From an uncultured Alphaproteobacteria bacterium (lineage in GTDB: Bacteria; Pseudomonadota; Alphaproteobacteria; Micavibrionales; UBA2020): 64,000 nucleotides of DNA. The notes under the pieces were generated by a model, which made no database searches, was not told the DNA's origin, and saw nothing but the letters and a program-made list of their open reading frames with translations. The stretch spans positions 76,078 through 140,077 of the forward strand of contig CBIHNF010000001.1 of the NCBI GenBank assembly GCA_966211335.1. Reading direction: 5' to 3'. How positions within the stretch are numbered: the first letter of the stretch is position 1; each line of letters begins with the position of its first letter. The translations under genes and the position numbers were made by a program. Below, in pieces: positions 57,775-64,000 of the stretch.

Positions 57775-58316
57775 GATGCTTTCACTTTTGTTGCGGCAAT
57801 ATTATCAAGGAAGCGCTGCGCCGCCTTCGGCGAGCGCAACCGGATATAGGTTACACTGGGATATTGTCCAGCCGTGCCAAAAATTTCCGCGTATTCGCGG
57901 CGGCGGCGGCGGAAGCTGGTGAACAACCACAGCAAAATGCTGTCTTTCGAAAAGAACTGCTTCCAGCTTTCGATATTGCCGTTGCAGACCGGGTTGCGGT
58001 CAATCGCGCGCATGATGGAGCGGCGCAGCAGGCGCCAGAAGACCAGCAGGAACGGGTAATCCAGCCAGATGAAGGTTTCCGCCTTCGGCCATATCGCCTG
58101 ACGCACTTTGGAATAGTTGCCGATGATGACCCATTGCGGGAGCGACGTCGCGCGGTCGGCAAGGTCATAGAACACCTGCGGCTCCTGCTTCTTCCAGCCC
58201 GGCAGCCAGTGCAGGTCATCGAGATCGGTCGAAGGGATGCCGAGAAGGTCGCCCAGCTTCCGCCCGAAGGTCGTCTTGCCGGAACCTGTCACGCCCAGAA
58301 CAACGATACGCTGCAT
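57771..58316 (-). CDS. Adenylate-kinase-like P-loop protein (FlaR/topology-modulation family)
   Basis: GVTGSGKTT, DLDDLHWLPGW, WVIIGNY, WLDYP; ATGA overlap with namA. Confidence 0.85.
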   Translation of the reverse strand: MQRIVVLGVTGSGKTTFGRKLGDLLGIPSTDLDDLHWLPGWKKQEPQVFYDLADRATSLPQWVIIGNYSKVRQAIWPKAETFIWLDYPFLLVFWRLLRRSIMRAIDRNPVCNGNIESWKQFFSKDSILLWLFTSFRRRRREYAEIFGTAGQYPSVTYIRLRSPKAAQRFLDNIAATKVKAS

Positions 58317-58427
58317 GTATGTGGCCTCCCCGATCTGTTGCGCCAAGCCATGGAAAATACGGCACTATTGCCTTTTCAACAAGGGCTAAAACCCCTAACA
58401 TAACAGGCAGAAAAAGGAACACGTTCC

Positions 58428-59639
58428 ATGCTCGCGTCTTTATCGGGAAAATTATTCAAGAACATGCCGCGCAACGTCATCGCGCTCGGCTTTGTCAGCA
58501 TGTTCATGGATATTTCATCGGAGATGGTGCATAGCGTGCTGCCGATTTTCCTGACCAAAACGCTGGGCGTGACCGCGCTCGCCGTTGGCTTTCTGGAAGG
58601 TATCGCGGAATCGACGGCCTGCATCGTCAAAATTTTTTCCGGCGTTATCTCTGACCGCATCGGCAAGCGCAAACCGCTGCTGCTGCTCGGCTATGGACTC
58701 TCGACGCTGACGAAGCCGCTGTTCCCCCTGGCGCAAGGATTTTCCGGTATTCTTTTCGCGCGCTTTTCCGACCGGATCGGCAAGGGCATTCGCGTCGCGC
58801 CGCGCGATGCGCTCGTCGCCGATGTTACCACGGCAGAAAACCGCGGCAACGCCTATGGCCTCCGCCAGACCATGGACACCATCGGCGCTTTCACAGGCCC
58901 GACGATTGCGATTTTGCTGATGCTGTGGACGGCCAACAACTTCCGCTTCGTTTTCTGGGCGGCGGTTATTCCCGCGCTGCTGGTGGTGCTGACCATCATG
59001 TTCGCGATTGACGAACCAAAGCGCGACGCCGCCGTAGAAAAACGTCCCTTCCCATTGAGCCGCAGCCAGCTGTCGTTGCTGCCGGCGGGCTTCTGGTTTG
59101 TCACCGCGCTTGGCGCTGTTTTGACGCTGGCGCGTTTTTCTGACGCGTTCCTCATATTACGCGGTGATGCAGCAGGCCTCCCCGCCTATTCCGCGCCGGC
59201 GATTTTGATTGTGATGAATATCGTTTATGCGCTCTCCGCCTGGCCTGCCGGCGCGCTGTCGGACCGCATCGGCAAGAATGGCCTGCTCACGGCGGGCATT
59301 GCAGTTCTCATCGCAGCAGACCTTGTTCTTGCCTATGCGTCATCGGCATGGCTTGTATTTTTCGGCGCGGGACTGTGGGGGCTGCACATGGGGCTGACGC
59401 AAGGCATCATCACCGCCTTCGTCGCCAATGAAGCGCCGGCGCAATTGCGCGGCACGGCGTTCGGCATTTTCAACCTGCTCACAGGCCTTGCCCTGCTGGC
59501 AGCGAGCGTGATTGCGGGGGCGCTGTGGTCGCAATTTGGCCCGATAGCCGCCTTCACCGCCGGCGCGGCATTCTCCGCCCTGTCGCTCGCGGGCTTCCTT
59601 GGCTTCCGCCGCAAATTTGAAAAGGTGGTTACCGCATGA
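58428..59639 (+). CDS. MFS transporter
   Basis: DISSEM, SDRIGKRK, DRIGKGIRVAPRDALVAD, about 12 TM segments. Confidence 0.93.
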   Translation: MLASLSGKLFKNMPRNVIALGFVSMFMDISSEMVHSVLPIFLTKTLGVTALAVGFLEGIAESTACIVKIFSGVISDRIGKRKPLLLLGYGLSTLTKPLFPLAQGFSGILFARFSDRIGKGIRVAPRDALVADVTTAENRGNAYGLRQTMDTIGAFTGPTIAILLMLWTANNFRFVFWAAVIPALLVVLTIMFAIDEPKRDAAVEKRPFPLSRSQLSLLPAGFWFVTALGAVLTLARFSDAFLILRGDAAGLPAYSAPAILIVMNIVYALSAWPAGALSDRIGKNGLLTAGIAVLIAADLVLAYASSAWLVFFGAGLWGLHMGLTQGIITAFVANEAPAQLRGTAFGIFNLLTGLALLAASVIAGALWSQFGPIAAFTAGAAFSALSLAGFLGFRRKFEKVVTA

Positions 59640-60109
59640 ACCAGGATACGCTGCAGGCCTGGGAAATGGCCAGTTATGTCGTGACCGTCGTCGGCCTGCC
59701 CTATGCGCTGGCCATGGTGATGGTCGATAATTATAAAGAGCGCCAGATCGAGAATGAGGAGCTGTACCAGAAGCTGGCGGAAGAATACGCCAAATTCGCC
59801 AACCTTATGATCGACAACGCGGATTTGCGCCTGATGACAGGTTATATTCCGGACAGGGAACTTTCGCCGGAGCAGGTGGAGCGCAAAAAGATTATCTTCG
59901 ACATGCTGGTCGCGCTGTTCGAGCGGGCCTATATTCTTGTCTACGAAGAGAAAATGGACCGGCAGACGAAACGCCTCTGGGCGACGTGGGAAGACTATAT
60001 CAAGTTCTGGTGCCGGCGCGACGACTTTAAGCGCATGCTGCCGGAACTCCTCGTCGGGGAGGATCCTGATTTCACAAGTTACATGCGCCGCGCCGCGGGG
60101 CTGATTTAA
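59636..60109 (+). CDS. Hypothetical protein with N-terminal TM, coupled to the MFS gene
   Basis: ATGA overlap; ASYVVTVVGLP, FERAY, WATWEDY. Confidence 0.7.
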   Translation: MNQDTLQAWEMASYVVTVVGLPYALAMVMVDNYKERQIENEELYQKLAEEYAKFANLMIDNADLRLMTGYIPDRELSPEQVERKKIIFDMLVALFERAYILVYEEKMDRQTKRLWATWEDYIKFWCRRDDFKRMLPELLVGEDPDFTSYMRRAAGLI

Positions 60110-60134
60110 ACCATCCAGCAGGAGTTGCCTTAAA

Positions 60135-60557
60135 ATGCCCGTTCTTTACACAGCCCATGTCAACGTCACCGGCGGCCGCGAAGGCAAGGCGGAATCGGAC
60201 GATAAAAAACTCAGCGTCACCCTGTCGCGTCCCGCGCCCGGCGGCACCGGCACCAACCCCGAGCAGCTATTCGCCGCAGGCTATGCCGCCTGTTTTGCCA
60301 GCGCCATTGCTTTTGTCGCAGGGCAAAAGAAGATGGAGACCGGCGCCATCAACGTGCAGTCGGAAGTGACACTGAACCAGAATGACGGCGGATTTTACTT
60401 GGAAGCCGTGCTGAACTTCCTGCTGCCCTCCCTCGACCGCGAGACGGCGGAAGCGCTGGTGGCGGAAGCGCATACCGTCTGCCCCTATTCCAAGGCAACA
60501 CGCGGCAATGTGACCGTGACGCTGAAGGTGAATGGCAACCCGATTGGAGTGAAATAA
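60135..60557 (+). CDS. ohr: Organic hydroperoxide resistance protein
   Basis: GGREG, TNPEQLFAAGYAACF, HTVCPYSKATRGN (both Cys present). Confidence 0.95.
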   Translation: MPVLYTAHVNVTGGREGKAESDDKKLSVTLSRPAPGGTGTNPEQLFAAGYAACFASAIAFVAGQKKMETGAINVQSEVTLNQNDGGFYLEAVLNFLLPSLDRETAEALVAEAHTVCPYSKATRGNVTVTLKVNGNPIGVK

Positions 60558-60558
60558 T

Positions 60559-61080
60559 ATGATGCGTCTTTTTGCTGTGCTGATGCTGCTGCTCACCTCC
60601 TCTCCGGCCTTCGCCGCCATGGCGCGCCCGCCCGAGCTGGATGGAAAAATTGCGGCTTCCGCCCCCTATGGCGAGGGTGAGCTGCACAAGCTGATGTTTC
60701 ATGTTTACGACAGCAGTCTTTGGACAGATGCCAAAGACTTCAGCGCTGATTCCACCTATGCCCTCGTCATTCGCTACAATATGAATTTTTCGGTGAAGGA
60801 ACTTGTCGACCGTTCGATCACGGAAATGGAACGCGCCGGCAAATTATCCGACGATGAGAAAGAAACCTATGCGTCAGAGCTGACATCACGCTTCCATGCC
60901 GTGAAACCCGGCGACCGCATCACCGCGCTGTTCGTCAAGGGCAAGGGCGGCTACTTCTTTTATAACGGCAAGATGCAGGGGAGTGTCATGGCCTCCGCAC
61001 ACGCCAAGCGCTTTCTGGATATCTGGCTTGGTTCACATACCTCCGAGCCCGCGCTCCGCAAGCAGCTGTTGCGCCTTTGA
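60559..61080 (+). CDS. Chalcone-isomerase-like periplasmic protein
   Basis: Signal peptide, FHVYD, VKPGDRIT, FLDIWLG...SEPALRKQLL. Confidence 0.8.
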   Translation: MMRLFAVLMLLLTSSPAFAAMARPPELDGKIAASAPYGEGELHKLMFHVYDSSLWTDAKDFSADSTYALVIRYNMNFSVKELVDRSITEMERAGKLSDDEKETYASELTSRFHAVKPGDRITALFVKGKGGYFFYNGKMQGSVMASAHAKRFLDIWLGSHTSEPALRKQLLRL

Positions 61081-61754
61081 TGAACCTGCCGCGCGATGAA
61101 TGGGCGTTTCTTGTCCTTCTCGCGGGGATACCGCTTGTTTTATATATCGACTATCGCAAGCACCTGACGCGGCAGGCGGCGCGGGTGGGCGGCAGTGATA
61201 CGCTGCCGGAACCCTATCCGCTTCGCCTTCATCTGGCTGTCGCACTCATGACGGCTTTCTGGTTGTACGGCCTTCTCGGCCCGCTGTTTGTGCCGGCAGA
61301 GTCTTTCCGCGACACAGGCACAGGCATGGCGCTGGCCGGTGACATCTGGATGACCATCTGGGCGGTCAAGCGCTACCGCAGCGGCAAATGGCGCGAAACG
61401 CCCAACATGACGGCGGCAAAAGCCAAATTCGGCGTCGTCTGCGTGCCGCTGGTGATGTTCTTTATTTTCTGGGGTGCGATTGTGACGACCGGCGGCGGCG
61501 TTTACACCCGCCTCACCGGCACTGTTGATACGCTGCGCCTCACGCCGACGAAATATCATTACCACGATAAATTCGGCGACCATTACTGCCTGTCGTCGCC
61601 GGCCTTCCGCCCGGCCTATCCCTGCGACATCTTCGATAATTTTTGCGGCCTTGATGAAGATGAATTCGATGCTTTGCCAGACCAGTTTCCGGCCACCTTC
61701 ACGCTACGACGATCTGCACTTGGATTTATCGTCGAAAGCTACAAGAAGGATTAG
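61077..61754 (+). CDS. Hypothetical membrane protein
   Basis: Overlaps the upstream stop; about four TM segments plus a Cys-containing C-terminal domain. Confidence 0.65.
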   Translation: MMNLPRDEWAFLVLLAGIPLVLYIDYRKHLTRQAARVGGSDTLPEPYPLRLHLAVALMTAFWLYGLLGPLFVPAESFRDTGTGMALAGDIWMTIWAVKRYRSGKWRETPNMTAAKAKFGVVCVPLVMFFIFWGAIVTTGGGVYTRLTGTVDTLRLTPTKYHYHDKFGDHYCLSSPAFRPAYPCDIFDNFCGLDEDEFDALPDQFPATFTLRRSALGFIVESYKKD

Positions 61755-62461
61755 GCGGCAAGCGCCTTCACGCGCGCGGCGACGGCTTCCGCCAGAATGT
61801 CAAAATAGCTTAATATCCTGACACCGTCAACGCTACCGGCGGCGCGGCGCTTTGCCATCGGCGCATCGGCCCTTGCGAAAAGGACTTCGGTGACGCCGGC
61901 ATCGCGCCAGCTGGCTGTGATATTTTCCATCACGGCTTCTACCGGCGCGGCGGATTTAAGGCGCTTGCCTTCTTCCTCCGCTTCAAGAAGCTGCGCGGCC
62001 TGCGCTTCATCCGGCACCACAGCCTTGTCACCGAAAATTTCGACAATGCGCTGTTTCGCGGGACGCATATGGATGACGCCCAGCTTCGCAACGCCAGAAT
62101 ATTTTTCACCCAGCGCGGTCGAGAGGCGCAAAATGGGTAAGTCCAGCACGGTTTCAATGCCGTCATGAAAGCCGATCATCGACATGCAGGGCATGACGCG
62201 AATATCGGCCGTTGCCGCGCCGGCTTCCAGCGCATCCGCTGCGACAGCCTTGTACAACTGCTGGCGTTTTTCCTCGTCCTTCAGCGCTTCGGCACGCAAG
62301 GGGCGGCCAGGCGCGGATTGACCTTCCGCGTTCGGGTAGGGCGCGGCGAAACGCAGCGTATAACTGAAGCCGTCATGCGCGGCCAAAGCCGCAAGGCAAG
62401 TGTCAAACTCTTGATAGCTTTCGGCATTCAGCGCACCGAAGGCGGCGATGGTGATGGCCAT
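61751..62461 (-). CDS. Divergent Asp/Glu racemase-fold protein
   Basis: VMPCMSMIGFHDGIETVLDLPILRL resembles IPCNTAH.F.D.I...VDIPIL; second Cys motif not recognisable. Confidence 0.6.
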   Translation of the reverse strand: MAITIAAFGALNAESYQEFDTCLAALAAHDGFSYTLRFAAPYPNAEGQSAPGRPLRAEALKDEEKRQQLYKAVAADALEAGAATADIRVMPCMSMIGFHDGIETVLDLPILRLSTALGEKYSGVAKLGVIHMRPAKQRIVEIFGDKAVVPDEAQAAQLLEAEEEGKRLKSAAPVEAVMENITASWRDAGVTEVLFARADAPMAKRRAAGSVDGVRILSYFDILAEAVAARVKALAA

Positions 62462-62473
62462 GATACGCCCCCG

Positions 62474-63523
62474 TTACTGGTTGACGCCCTGCAGACGCGC
62501 GCGGCGGCGGGCCTCCAGCTTTTCTTTCAACGTCGCATCGTCGCCAGCATTATTCGCCCGCACAGCTCCCACGGCTTGTGGCGTTGTCGTCGTGCCGCCC
62601 GCGTTGCCAGTGCGCAACTGCTCGATCTTCTGGCGGCGCTCCTCGATCTGCTGCTGGCGCTGCTGTTGTATCTGCTGGCGGTTGTCGCCGTTCTGCTGAT
62701 ACTGCTGCAGGATTTTCTGGCGACGCTCCTGCATTTGTTCCTGACGCTGTTCCTGCCTTTGCTGCAGCTGCTCTCCGCGACCGTTGGCGTTGCCATTCAT
62801 GCCGCCAGCTTTACGCTTTTCCATGAAGTCGCGGAAGCGGCCGCGCAACTCCTGCTGGCGGCTGCTATTCTGGGCAATGCGCTTGGCGACGACATCGGCA
62901 TGCTTCAGCTGGATCGTCTGGCGGATTTTTTCGCGACGTTCGCGGCTCCAGGCGGCGGCCCTTGTTGGCGCGTCCCTGCGGCTGCGCACGTCGGTGCCCT
63001 CGCCCGCCTTCACGGTCACTTTGCCACCATCGTTCACGACGTCGATGACACCTTCATCGACATGCACGCCATAGCCCTTGTCGGTCGCGCCCGACCACAA
63101 ATGCGTGCCGCGCACGCCGATCGAACCATAGGCCGTCTGGATCTGAACGTCCGGCTGCGGCTTCTTCGTCATCAGGCCGCTCAAATAATCAAACGTACCG
63201 GTGATAAAGGAATACCGCGCGTGGTTGCCGCTGAAGTCTTTGTCGTTGAAGGCATAGTCGGTCGCCTTGAAACGGGAATTTTCCGACAGGGTCAGCTGCG
63301 TATCATCAATGAACAGAAGGAACACCCGCGCACCCGCACCGGTCGAGACTTCATCATTAATGCCAAGCGTGTCGTTGAGCGCAGCGGGATGCGCTTTACC
63401 GTCGGCCGGGGTGATAGTCGCCGAGCCTTCGACTTCCATGACCGTCGCGATAACGCCGTCATCGGCAAAGGCTTTCAATGGCAGGAGGAGGAAAACGGCA
63501 AGCACCATTGCGCGCAGCAACAT
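62474..63523 (-). CDS. Secreted FecR-domain protein with Gln/Arg-rich tail
   Basis: Signal peptide, VEGSA, STGAGARV.L.F.DDTQLTLSENS, SIGVRGT, VDEGVI; start 63523 with AAGGAG RBS. Confidence 0.85.
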   Translation of the reverse strand: MLLRAMVLAVFLLLPLKAFADDGVIATVMEVEGSATITPADGKAHPAALNDTLGINDEVSTGAGARVFLLFIDDTQLTLSENSRFKATDYAFNDKDFSGNHARYSFITGTFDYLSGLMTKKPQPDVQIQTAYGSIGVRGTHLWSGATDKGYGVHVDEGVIDVVNDGGKVTVKAGEGTDVRSRRDAPTRAAAWSRERREKIRQTIQLKHADVVAKRIAQNSSRQQELRGRFRDFMEKRKAGGMNGNANGRGEQLQQRQEQRQEQMQERRQKILQQYQQNGDNRQQIQQQRQQQIEERRQKIEQLRTGNAGGTTTTPQAVGAVRANNAGDDATLKEKLEARRRARLQGVNQ

Positions 63524-63534
63524 GAAATATCTCC

Positions 63535-63549
63535 TTAACAAATCATTAA
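63535..63549. promoter_or_regulatory. Perfect CtrA box between the divergent FecR genes
   Basis: TTAA-CAAATCA-TTAA. Confidence 0.7.
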
Positions 63550-63716
63550 GCGCCCCGGTGGTTGTCCAGTATAGCAAAGCCGAATTTTCATGCAGCCGCA
63601 ATTTATGTTGCCATATAAACAAGGCGATGGCGCCGTTATCACCACCCTCCTCTGGCGTCTGTCATGTGTTCCGTTATGATAGATACGCTGTTCAACCCCT
63701 AACCCCTGTGCATTTC

Positions 63717-64000
63717 ATGAAAAATTTTATTCTGCTCCTGCCCGTGCTTGCGCTGTCCTTCCTGCTACCATCGAAATCCATTGCGGCCACGGCCGCCACC
63801 CAGCCCGTTATCGGCACCATTCTGGAGGTGGAAGGCAGTGCTTCCGTCACGCCGCCGAATGGCAATAAAATCGCCGCCGCTATCAAGACACCCGTGCATA
63901 TGCGCGACCTGATTGTGACAGGGCCAAAATCGAAGGTCTTTATCCTGTTCATCGACGATACGAAGATGACGCTGTCGGAAAACACGCAGCTCACGGTTGA
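63717..64000 (+). CDS. Second secreted FecR-domain protein, runs off the right edge
   Basis: Manual translation MKNFILLLPVLALSFLLPSKSIAA...VIGTILEVEGSASVTP...VFILFIDDTKMTLSENTQL aligns with 62474-63523. Confidence 0.85.
   Translation, partial: MKNFILLLPVLALSFLLPSKSIAATAATQPVIGTILEVEGSASVTPPNGNKIAAAIKTPVHMRDLIVTGPKSKVFILFIDDTKMTLSENTQLTV

Overview
High-GC alphaproteobacterial chromosome backbone. DivL, CtrA boxes, GANTC clusters, an EcfG-type promoter and a GWW-tailed RNase E point to this class; a Micavibrio-like lineage is only my inference. Housekeeping blocks: mutM-echA-rpsT-dnaA; rpsF-rpsR-rplI, dnaB-alr-mlaE-mlaF-mrcA; fabD-fabG-acpP-fabF-mltG-yqgE; L,D-transpeptidase, amiC, rne; accD-folC-hprK-rapZ-EIIA-HPr-EI-ahcY-divL; pyrF-ridA; NDUFA12-mlaD-DUF2155, aat; mscS-zntB; namA, MFS, ohr and a divergent FecR-domain pair. 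I saw no tRNA, rRNA, CRISPR array or transposase. Main oddities: (1) an intact ~870-aa class II ribonucleotide reductase homolog at the usual nrdJ position whose catalytic motifs are all eroded; (2) unrelated orphan, ankyrin and repeat proteins sharing a C-terminal (K/R)P(L/I)K(T/P)V(R/K)F tail, two of the loci preceded by an identical 17-bp motif; (3) an untracked 57-aa ORF behind a perfect CtrA box; (4) other degenerate active sites (RapZ Walker A, an Asp/Glu racemase-like protein); (5) a 460-nt aat/DUF2155 antisense overlap; (6) orphan membrane-protein genes translationally coupled to core genes. Family assignments come from motifs I recognise by eye, not from database searches.
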